NCBI GenBank assembly: GCA_049599895.1
Contig: JBMYPC010000082.1
Location: 1-14,293 of the forward strand
Direction: 5' to 3'
DNA length: 14,293 bases
Source: Bacteriovoracaceae bacterium
GTDB taxonomy: Bacteria > Bdellovibrionota > Bacteriovoracia > Bacteriovoracales > Bacteriovoracaceae
Of this stretch, positions 1 through 7,491 are shown piece after piece. The notes below the pieces were generated by a model, which ran no database searches, was not told the DNA's origin, and saw nothing but the letters and a program-made list of their open reading frames with translations. Position numbers and translations under genes: made by a program. The stretch's first letter is position 1. Every line of letters begins with the position of its first letter.

Positions 1-2469
1 GAAAACTTTAAAGACTTCAAAATAGCTCTTTCTCAAGTCTTTAATGGCGCCATCTCATTCGAGAGTAATGGTGTTGATGTAACGACCCCGATTACAGAGG
101 GTGCTATACCTGTAGATCCTAAAAACCCACAATGTCTTTCCAGCAGAGGGAAGGAAAAGCTAAATTTGAGCAGCAGTCTCAATGAAACTATACTAGAGGT
201 AATAAGCAGCAATAAGGACCTTGAAAAAATCATTCCCCAACTCATTAATCACAGTCAGATTCCACCTTTCTCTATCCAATTTTACAAAACACTCAAGTCA
301 AAAATGAAACAAAAATATCCAAATTTCAATATTACTAAGAATGCATCTAAATCCAGAGAATACTTTGCTGAACTCAATAAAAACATTGCCGAACTTGCCT
401 CTGATGAAGAAATGAAAAGAATCAGAGATTCATTCCAAAAGAAATGTTCAAAACTTTTCTCTCATATTACAAACCTTCTTTGCCAGAAAGAAGACTCCCA
501 CATTGCAATCACAAGCGAGAAGTATCATAAAGTTGATTTTAATCCAAAAGAAGAAAATGATGATGATCTCTTTGATGAATTCAGTGATGGAGAAGACGAT
601 GAAAATCACAAGAAACTCGTTTCTTATTGCAGAGAAAGAGAAGATGCCATTTTCATTGCGAGAGACCCAAATGTAATTGGCTCAGATAGCTCTCCTTGCC
701 AGACTTTTAGTCAAGATATGCCATTGATGAGTATTTCTGAAAGAGATAAGGCAATGGAGATCACAACACCTCACATTCTCTTTAATCAAGAAGAGCTAGC
801 GTGTCTTTCACAGTCACTTAATGAAACTGAAGAGGCTCTCGCTGAACCAACTTCAAAAAAGGATAAAGACGCATTAAAAATTATACAATTTGAAGATAAC
901 ATCTGCCTTCACCTCTCATGTAAGAACTACGCATTGACAGGTGGAACTGCAAAGCTGGCCGGTGGTAAATGTGACCCCAGAGAATCACCAGAGCTTTATT
1001 CAGCTATTCAGGAACTACAACAATTTAATTGTTCGAAAGAGCCTGAAAGAGTTGATGAAATGTGTAACAAAGGTGAAATGACTTTAGCTTTCCAGAACAT
1101 CCTAGAGCTCTATCTTGAGCAATGTCTTGAGGGTGGAGAAGAATGTATTGGAAAAGATAATATCGATACAATCTTAGGAAAAGATACTGATCTTAGAAAA
1201 TACTACGATACCAATATTGATAGAGTAAGAACTTCACATCGGTCTCGAAAAAATATCACAGGAAATGATTTCAGTAGTGATTGGGCTGTTAGCGAGTTTC
1301 TTAATACTGATCTTGAGTCTGCTCAAAACTTAGTGAACTTAAGAGGGTTTGATAAGAGCGAGGTCGTTAAATTAACTCCTAAAAAGGAAGAGGCTGCAAG
1401 TACTCCAGCTTACGCTAGCTCTTCAACTTCTCAAGCTCAAGTTGCCTCGAAGGCACCTACTGTTGAACAGCAAGTCATTATGGATAACAGCAGCTCCGCG
1501 AATACTCAGCTTGAAAGAAAGATTGAGAGAGACAGAAGCTCGATCATTGCCAAGGCCAAAGAAATGACGAGGCAGCAAAACCTATTGAGTGAGTTAACAA
1601 GAGCGGTTGTAAAAGCGAATTCAATTAAAGCTTCAAATAAGAATAAGAGATACATGACTAAAGACGACTATTTCAAATCAAGAGAATTAGATGCAAGAAT
1701 CAGAACTTTAACTGATGCTCTAAAAGAAACTCCAAGTAATCCGTCGGTCGATTCTGTCATTTCTGATGGGCAACGTATTACAGGTACGTTTATACCCGCA
1801 CCAAAAAACACAAAACCCGCACCAAGCTTCGCCTATGGAAACAACGACTTAAACCGTAAATATCCAGCATCGACTCCGAATACTTCGCTTGGAAAGATTG
1901 GAGCCTTTGGAACTGGAGTTTCAGGGGCGACGAATTCAACTAATCGTGAAGATTCTGTTGAAAGTGAGCCAGAAGTTTCGACAGGTGGGAGCTCTCCTTC
2001 TGAAGGTGCTTCTTCAATTCAAATTTCTGAAGAAGTAGGATCGTTTGGGGGAAGTGGTGGATCTAGTGGGGCTTCAAGAGCTCCTGGAAGTGTTTCTGGT
2101 TCAGGCGGTTTTGCTGGTCTGTCATCAGGCAAATACAGCGAAGAAGAGTATGATGAATTAGAAAATGTTGATGTTCCTGAAATTGTCTTTACTGATGACA
2201 ATCCTGTTCTTGATGAAGGGATTGAGAAGTTCTTTCAAGACAACTCCGAGTTTAGTTTTGGGCATCCTTTAAAAATACGCCATGAGAACTTCAAAAAAGG
2301 TGAGTATATTGAGCTTGCTCCGATGTTTGAGAATGGGGAGTTCTCTCATTACTCTTTGCTTGGGACCACTGAGCAGATTTCAAAGTTTCAAATCAATAAT
2401 CCTTCGGCTTATATGCAAAGTCTCTCTTACAACTTAAAACTTGTTATTCAAAGTGCGCAACTTCGCTAG
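1..2469 (+). CDS. Large hypothetical protein, 5'-truncated by the window edge; Cys-rich N-terminal/central region, coiled-coil-like segment and Ser/Gly-rich low-complexity linker
   Basis: The frame of ORF 166..2469 is open from base 1 (GAA AAC TTT AAA GAC...), so TTG 166 is not the true start. About 12 Cys in the first half and none later; GGSGGSSGASRAPGS linker; TAG at 2467-2469. Confidence 0.85.
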   Translation, partial: ENFKDFKIALSQVFNGAISFESNGVDVTTPITEGAIPVDPKNPQCLSSRGKEKLNLSSSLNETILEVISSNKDLEKIIPQLINHSQIPPFSIQFYKTLKSKMKQKYPNFNITKNASKSREYFAELNKNIAELASDEEMKRIRDSFQKKCSKLFSHITNLLCQKEDSHIAITSEKYHKVDFNPKEENDDDLFDEFSDGEDDENHKKLVSYCREREDAIFIARDPNVIGSDSSPCQTFSQDMPLMSISERDKAMEITTPHILFNQEELACLSQSLNETEEALAEPTSKKDKDALKIIQFEDNICLHLSCKNYALTGGTAKLAGGKCDPRESPELYSAIQELQQFNCSKEPERVDEMCNKGEMTLAFQNILELYLEQCLEGGEECIGKDNIDTILGKDTDLRKYYDTNIDRVRTSHRSRKNITGNDFSSDWAVSEFLNTDLESAQNLVNLRGFDKSEVVKLTPKKEEAASTPAYASSSTSQAQVASKAPTVEQQVIMDNSSSANTQLERKIERDRSSIIAKAKEMTRQQNLLSELTRAVVKANSIKASNKNKRYMTKDDYFKSRELDARIRTLTDALKETPSNPSVDSVISDGQRITGTFIPAPKNTKPAPSFAYGNNDLNRKYPASTPNTSLGKIGAFGTGVSGATNSTNREDSVESEPEVSTGGSSPSEGASSIQISEEVGSFGGSGGSSGASRAPGSVSGSGGFAGLSSGKYSEEEYDELENVDVPEIVFTDDNPVLDEGIEKFFQDNSEFSFGHPLKIRHENFKKGEYIELAPMFENGEFSHYSLLGTTEQISKFQINNPSAYMQSLSYNLKLVIQSAQLR

Positions 2470-2488
2470 AGTTGCATGAAACAAAAAT

Positions 2489-3436
2489 CTATTTGCAAAG
2501 ATCTTTTAATTCTTCAAGCAAAGATTCAACTTTATCTCCGAGAGTTTTTGAAGGGAGTTCAACAATTGCAACAGCTGTCTCGTCGTGTTTACCTGTTCGG
2601 TAAAAATTGTGGGATACAAATCTTCCTGAAGTAAGATTTGGAGCTCTGTCATATTGACAAGTGTTTATATCATATAAAGTTGAAATGGCTCTCTGTGCCT
2701 TCATTTTCCTGTCATCCATTAGAACTTTAGTTGTGTAGAATGCATTTTCTTCCCATCTTGTTGTAACAACCTTCGAAACATCTTTGAGGTTAAACTTTGA
2801 TCTGTCCCAAGTATTATTACTAGTATGGGTTGAGTCACAGTTTTTATAATGAAGTTGTCGGTCGTAGATTAATGTACAATAGTCTCCTGTGTGAGAGATT
2901 GATTGCCTTACATATGGTTTTTTAGCTCGATGTCTGACGTATGCCTTAGGGGAAGTATCCACCTTTATATAGAAGTCACCAATTTCTTGTTCAATATAAT
3001 ATTTAAGCTCTCTAAATACATCTGCTTTCATTCTTCCTGCCAGATTTAGTCTGTAATCACTGTATGACCCTTCAGGCAAGGTTCCATTTCCTGTAATAAC
3101 AGAACTCCCTTCAATAGAGGTGCTTCCCTTTACAGTTATGTTTCCTTGTATTCTTACGTTGTCAGTAATGAAAGCAAACCCTGTAATGACTGATGTGCCT
3201 AATATTCTCGCCTGGCCATCTACGTTTGCATTGCCGCATATTGCTGCTGATGGTGCCAGAAAAACGTGCTCGCCAATATAAGCGGTGTTGGCTACAAATC
3301 CTCCTCTTTGAGGATTGCGATGTCTATAATTTTCAAAATAATAACCTTGCTCGCCAGGACAGAGACCAGAAGTTGCAGCTATGGCTTCAAGAGTTATAAG
3401 TGCCTGAATAACAAAAAGTAGTTTTTTCATAATCAT
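2489..3436 (-). CDS. Secreted protein with left-handed beta-helix (hexapeptide-repeat-like) N-terminal domain and unknown C-terminal domain
   Basis: Signal-peptide-like MKKLLFVIQALITLEAIA; HRNPQRGGFVANTAYIG followed by 6-residue periodic repeats (ICGNAN/VDGQAR/ILGTSV/ITGFAF/ITDNVR/IQGNIT/VKGSTS/IEGSSV). AGGA RBS upstream; start at 3436 or 3430. Confidence 0.8.
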   Translation of the reverse strand: MIMKKLLFVIQALITLEAIAATSGLCPGEQGYYFENYRHRNPQRGGFVANTAYIGEHVFLAPSAAICGNANVDGQARILGTSVITGFAFITDNVRIQGNITVKGSTSIEGSSVITGNGTLPEGSYSDYRLNLAGRMKADVFRELKYYIEQEIGDFYIKVDTSPKAYVRHRAKKPYVRQSISHTGDYCTLIYDRQLHYKNCDSTHTSNNTWDRSKFNLKDVSKVVTTRWEENAFYTTKVLMDDRKMKAQRAISTLYDINTCQYDRAPNLTSGRFVSHNFYRTGKHDETAVAIVELPSKTLGDKVESLLEELKDLCK

Positions 3437-3494
3437 TGGTTTCCTAAATTTATTCTATATCGAATATCCTATTCTCAACTCTTTCTCAAGTGGG

Positions 3495-3519
3495 TATTCA
3501 TAATTTCACAATATGAATA
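3495..3519. promoter_or_regulatory. Inverted repeat TATTCATA-N9-TATGAATA, candidate transcription-factor site in the divergent intergenic region
   Basis: Perfect 8-bp arms at 3495-3502 and 3512-3519; AT-rich, so chance is not excluded. Confidence 0.35.
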
Positions 3520-3564
3520 AATATTAATCACTCTTGTTTTATAGCAAAAACATCTCCCTCACTT

Positions 3565-3578
3565 TTTCAGTTCTGAAA
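3565..3578. promoter_or_regulatory. Palindrome TTTCAG-TT-CTGAAA, candidate upstream activator sequence
   Basis: Perfect 6-bp arms about 45 bp upstream of a sigma54 -24 box; same TTTCA-N4-TGAAA core as 9358-9371. Confidence 0.45.
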
Positions 3579-3622
3579 CAAAAATATCTTTCTTAAGTTG
3601 TTAAAATCATTGAGCCAGATTC

Positions 3623-3638
3623 TGGCACAGGCCTTGCT
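3623..3638 (+). promoter_or_regulatory. Sigma54 (RpoN) -24/-12 promoter of the peptide cassette
   Basis: TGGCAC-AGGCC-TTGCT is an exact match to TGGCAC-N5-TTGCW; GG 3624-3625 and GC 3636-3637 are 10 nt apart; about 60 nt upstream of ATG 3700. Confidence 0.88.
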
Positions 3639-3699
3639 TCATTCTCCAGCATCGAAAAACTGATTCCCAAGAATATAGGGATCATATGAAGGAGAACTC

Positions 3700-3843
3700 A
3701 TGAAAAAGATGGAAGAACAAACAGTGATCATTCCAGAAGGGAAGAGAACATCAATGGACAACATGCTTTGCCTTGTGGACTTTGAAGAGCTGAGCGCTGA
3801 AGAAGAAAGAGAAGTTGAAGAAGCGTTAGCACTTGCTTTCTAG
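3700..3843 (+). CDS. 47-aa acidic peptide, putative RiPP precursor/scaffold: MKKMEEQTVIIPEGKRTSMDNMLCLVDFEELSAEEEREVEEALALAF
   Basis: Hand-translated; not listed in the ORF track (shortest entries 60 aa). Strong RBS AAGGAG at 3689-3694, ATG 3700, TAG 3841-3843; flanked by a sigma54 promoter and a terminator; directly upstream of tailoring enzymes. Confidence 0.85.
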   Translation: MKKMEEQTVIIPEGKRTSMDNMLCLVDFEELSAEEEREVEEALALAF

Positions 3844-3849
3844 ATTAAT

Positions 3850-3874
3850 GGGGTCAATGTTGGCCCCTTTTTTT
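3850..3874 (+). terminator. Rho-independent terminator/attenuator between the peptide gene and the enzyme genes
   Basis: GGGGTCA-ATGT-TGGCCCC (7-bp stem with one U-G pair) followed by T7 at 3868-3874. Confidence 0.8.
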
Positions 3875-3884
3875 GGGTGAATTT

Positions 3885-5072
3885 ATGTTTTACAGTAATG
3901 ACGAAGTTAAAATTCAAAACCAGTTTAGCTCGATTGATGGGAAACAAATCTATACCGGGACCTATTGGGATGAGTTTGGTCTTTCTCAGGCCTTTCTCCC
4001 TTACGACTCAGATGTTCTCGTTCTAGGACTTGCTGAAGGAGCTTGTGTTCGACCCATTCATGCTTCTGGTCGAGTGGGAAGTCTTGATTGTGTCGACTAT
4101 GATGGAAAGCTTCTTGCGAAATGTCGAAGCCTTTTTGAAAAAAAGTTTCGTGAAATTCCATTTCAAACTTATGAGTCATGTGCTTTTGATTTTCTTGGGC
4201 AAACGACGAAGAAATATGACCTTATCTGGATTGATCTCTATCTCAAAGAGAGTTATAGCCCAATTTATTTTAATCCTTATTTTTGGAAGCTTGCGAGTGA
4301 GAAGTTAAATCCCAGAGGAAGAGTTCTTGTGAATTCCTTTGGGCTTCCGATGCATCTAAAGCCATTTTCTACAGACAATCCGCAGTTTAAGTTTCTTAAC
4401 TTCATTAATCTCCAATTTGATGAGATTCGTGTGATTCCTTATAGAAGAAATATGACTCTTGTGATTGAAGACAAAAAATCACCATTAAACTTCTCAGTTC
4501 CTTCTCTTAAGCTTTGTGACCAGATGGTCATGAAAACCTTTGCACACAAGTATTATCATGCTGAAAAACTATCTGATCTTTTAAAAATCAAAACTTCGTC
4601 TGAACTAGGAGAGTTGAAACTTGAAAGTATCGACGTTTCAATGAGAGCGGGGTGGAAACTTTTTATTGAGAAGTTAAACGACAGAATTAGAGACCTTAAA
4701 TTAAAAAGACCACTTCTTAAAGCACCTCGAGAGATCCGAGACCTTGTTCAGGATGAAGTTTCCTCACTCTCATTATTAGAAGACATGCTAAAAAAGAAAA
4801 GTCGAGAGATTATCTTTTTCCCTGTGTTTTTATCGGGTGAAGTGAATTGTTCAGAACTCGACGTCACTTGGTTTGTGAATTGGTTTTTTCAAAATCACAA
4901 CCGACTGCGCCTTGAGATGAAAGAGATCTTTTTTAGTTATTTTCTTCCTTTAATTACATCAATCGTTATTAATCCAAATGCAAGTAGTAAAAGTTATAGC
5001 TTTCGAATGAATCAGGTTCTTGATTTCTATCTTCAAGAGCTAAAGCTGATAACAATTGAGGGTCTTCAATGA
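3885..5072 (+). CDS. Class I SAM-dependent transferase (spermidine-synthase-like/methyltransferase N-terminal domain) with about 190-aa unknown C-terminal domain
   Basis: Motifs VLVLGLAEG (motif I), LDCVDYD (acidic end of strand 2), YDLIWIDLY, LNPRGRVLVN. ATG 3885 with GGGTGA RBS is preferred over TTG 3873, which lies in the terminator U-tract. Confidence 0.78.
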   Translation: MFYSNDEVKIQNQFSSIDGKQIYTGTYWDEFGLSQAFLPYDSDVLVLGLAEGACVRPIHASGRVGSLDCVDYDGKLLAKCRSLFEKKFREIPFQTYESCAFDFLGQTTKKYDLIWIDLYLKESYSPIYFNPYFWKLASEKLNPRGRVLVNSFGLPMHLKPFSTDNPQFKFLNFINLQFDEIRVIPYRRNMTLVIEDKKSPLNFSVPSLKLCDQMVMKTFAHKYYHAEKLSDLLKIKTSSELGELKLESIDVSMRAGWKLFIEKLNDRIRDLKLKRPLLKAPREIRDLVQDEVSSLSLLEDMLKKKSREIIFFPVFLSGEVNCSELDVTWFVNWFFQNHNRLRLEMKEIFFSYFLPLITSIVINPNASSKSYSFRMNQVLDFYLQELKLITIEGLQ

Positions 5073-5671
5073 AAGAGAATCATGATTTTTTTGTTGTTGA
5101 TAACTTCTATCAAGACCCTCTAAAGGCAAGAGAGTTAGGACTAACTTGCGAATATCTTCCTAAAGAAGCGGGGCTTGATGGCGAGATCTGCATCGAGTCT
5201 CGGAAATCTTATTTCAATGAGGCCTTGGTCAAAAAACTTGAAAGTATTATTCAAAAGCCAATTGATTTTGATCCCGCAAAGTTTGCTTTTGGCGTTTTTG
5301 CAAAGGCAGAAACTATTAATCAAGGAAGATCAAGAGTTCACGTTGATCCTACTGATTGGGTTGGGATTGTTTATTTAAGTGAGAGGTGCTCATCCCAATC
5401 AGGCGGTGGCACAAGTTTTTATCAACATATTAAAACAGGTTTCTCAAGGCTTCCTAATGATAAAGAGGCCTTCATCAAAAATGTTCTTAAAAGAGATGCG
5501 AAAGACTTAAGCGCCTGGAGAGAAATCCATAAAGTTGAAATGAAGTTTAATCGGCTTCTTCTTATCAAAGCCGGAGAGCTTTTTCATAAGGCGACAAATT
5601 ATTTTGGGGAGAACTCTCAAAGTGCACGGTTGACTCAACTCTTTTTCTTTAACGAAAAGAAGGCATTATGA
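5069..5671 (+). CDS. Fe(II)/2-oxoglutarate-dependent dioxygenase, DUF6445-like (paralogue 1)
   Basis: VVDNFYQDP, HVD (HxD), GIVYL, GGGTSFYQH, MKFNRLL, distal FH, RLTQLFF (candidate 2OG-binding Arg). ATGA overlap with the upstream stop at 5069-5072. Confidence 0.82.
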   Translation: MKENHDFFVVDNFYQDPLKARELGLTCEYLPKEAGLDGEICIESRKSYFNEALVKKLESIIQKPIDFDPAKFAFGVFAKAETINQGRSRVHVDPTDWVGIVYLSERCSSQSGGGTSFYQHIKTGFSRLPNDKEAFIKNVLKRDAKDLSAWREIHKVEMKFNRLLLIKAGELFHKATNYFGENSQSARLTQLFFFNEKKAL

Positions 5672-6279
5672 AAAAGCTTAAAGTGATTGATAACTTCTAT
5701 AAAAAACCTGAAGAGATTCGAAATTTGGCACTTAAGACCGATTATATCAATGTCAAAAAACTTCGCTATCCAGGAATTCAAAGTCGAAAGAGTTTTACGA
5801 ACTTAGATCTTCAAAAGAAGTTTGAAGATGTTCTTGACACTAAACTTGAGATCGATCCAAAGAAATACACCTTTGGAAAATTTCGCATAATGATCAATGA
5901 ACCATTCACCTTTAAAGCTCATCTTGATGGTCTGACGAATCTCACAGGTCTTGTTTATCTCAACCCAGAAGATTCTTGCTCTGGTGGAACTGCTTTTTAT
6001 CGCCACCGAAAGTCTGGACTCGAAGGGCCTTTGTCTCAAAATGAAGTTGAGGCCAGAGGTTTTTCTTCAAACGAAGAGATGTTTAAAGAGCTTATTGGAG
6101 ACGACAAGTACGATCCTGAATCTTGGGAGATGACGGACTTTGTCCCAATGAAATTTAATCGACTCCTCGTTTTTAAAGGCTATCACTACTTTCACTGTCA
6201 TACGAGTTCCTTTGGAACTGACAAAGAGAGTGGTCGTATGACTCAGCTTTTTTTCTTTAACGAAGTATTAAACTCATAA
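5668..6279 (+). CDS. Fe(II)/2-oxoglutarate-dependent dioxygenase, DUF6445-like (paralogue 2)
   Basis: VIDNFYKKP, YPGIQS, HLD, GLVYL, GGTAFYRH, MKFNRLL, YFH, RMTQLFF. ATGA overlap at 5668-5671. Confidence 0.82.
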   Translation: MKKLKVIDNFYKKPEEIRNLALKTDYINVKKLRYPGIQSRKSFTNLDLQKKFEDVLDTKLEIDPKKYTFGKFRIMINEPFTFKAHLDGLTNLTGLVYLNPEDSCSGGTAFYRHRKSGLEGPLSQNEVEARGFSSNEEMFKELIGDDKYDPESWEMTDFVPMKFNRLLVFKGYHYFHCHTSSFGTDKESGRMTQLFFFNEVLNS

Positions 6280-6293
6280 CCAAAAGAGGAATT

Positions 6294-7454
6294 ATGAAAA
6301 ATCGAATCTATTTTGCTTCACTTATGACGAACATCGGAAACTGGTTAACCTTTCTTGCGATTGCTCTTTTAGTGAAAGAAAAGCATGGTGTCCATCAAGT
6401 TGCCTACACTTTTATGGTTCAGGCGATTATCCCACTTTTGTTTTCTCAATCGTTAGTCAAATTTATTCCCGAATCAAAACAGAAAAAGGCATTTTTTATT
6501 GTGCAAATCCTTTTTGCTCTTAATCTTGGCCTTCTTTTAAGTTTTAAATCAATGGGAGCGATTTATCTCTTTTTAATTGTTTCAAGTCTTCTTAAAACTC
6601 TCTCAAATCCCTTATTTCAAAGTTTAATTGGAAGGTGGGTGAAAACTGAAGAGCAAAAAGAAGTTTATACTAGAGTAGGGGCGATCAATGCGACTTGCTT
6701 AGCCATTGCTCCTCTTTTTGGCGGTTATGTTTCCCTTAAGTTTGGTTATGACTCGGTTTTTCTTATCGACATGATAAGTTTTTTGATTCCACTTTTTGTC
6801 TTAGCACCAATGAAGGCCTTAAAAGAAGCCTCTTCAGAAGTGGAAGAGTTTAAGTTTTCAAAACTCTTTAAAAGCATTGCCGGCGTCCCTAAAGGTCTCA
6901 ACCTTGAACTGAAAAAAGTCTTATTTATTTGGTTTTTATTTTTAAATGTTGGAGCCTTTATTAACGGAATTGAATTTCCTATCTTTGAAAAGCTTTCTCT
7001 TTCAAAAGATCAAATTGGTCTTATTATTGGGATGTGGGGTCTTGGCAGTCTTCTTTCTTTTCTTTTGGCAAAGACTTCCTTTAGTAAAAAAGACCTGTTT
7101 GCATTAAATTCAGTTTCTTTAACTTCTGGAATCGTTGCCTTCGCTTTTACACAAAACTTTTATATTCTCGCTATTAGTTTTCTTGTTCTAGGGTTTTCGA
7201 TTGCTAATCTCAGTGGTGAAATTCGAGCAAAGCTTCAAAAGAGTGTTCCGGAGAATACGAATCCTCTGCCAATATGGGCCTTTTCAAATCAAATCATCTC
7301 TCTTTCTAATATAATCTGTTATGGATTACTTGGACTTTTGACGAATAAAGTTGACCTTGAATATTTAGGAGGTGGTCTTGCTCTGCTGACAATGATTCTT
7401 CTCTTTGGAAAGATTCAGGTGGAAAAGAGATTTTCGGTACTTCGAAAGGCTTAG
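6294..7454 (+). CDS. MFS transporter (efflux-type, 386 aa)
   Basis: About 11-12 hydrophobic segments; N-terminal TNIGNWLTFLAIALLV and APLFGG motifs typical of MefA/DHA3-like MFS exporters; AGAGGA RBS. Confidence 0.85.
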   Translation: MKNRIYFASLMTNIGNWLTFLAIALLVKEKHGVHQVAYTFMVQAIIPLLFSQSLVKFIPESKQKKAFFIVQILFALNLGLLLSFKSMGAIYLFLIVSSLLKTLSNPLFQSLIGRWVKTEEQKEVYTRVGAINATCLAIAPLFGGYVSLKFGYDSVFLIDMISFLIPLFVLAPMKALKEASSEVEEFKFSKLFKSIAGVPKGLNLELKKVLFIWFLFLNVGAFINGIEFPIFEKLSLSKDQIGLIIGMWGLGSLLSFLLAKTSFSKKDLFALNSVSLTSGIVAFAFTQNFYILAISFLVLGFSIANLSGEIRAKLQKSVPENTNPLPIWAFSNQIISLSNIICYGLLGLLTNKVDLEYLGGGLALLTMILLFGKIQVEKRFSVLRKA

Positions 7455-7491
7455 GCTCTGGTATTTTCAGAGTCCCTATATTCTTTGATTG

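Noticed and set aside
3781..3843. Double-glycine (C39-cleaved) bacteriocin leader assignment for the peptide
   Set aside because: It lacks the GG/GA motif and the -7 Leu, and the transporter is an MFS rather than a peptidase-containing ABC transporter.
3885..5072. Annotation as speE (spermidine synthase)
   Set aside because: No GGGDG motif or evident N-terminal beta domain, a long extra C-terminal domain, and a biosynthetic-cassette context.
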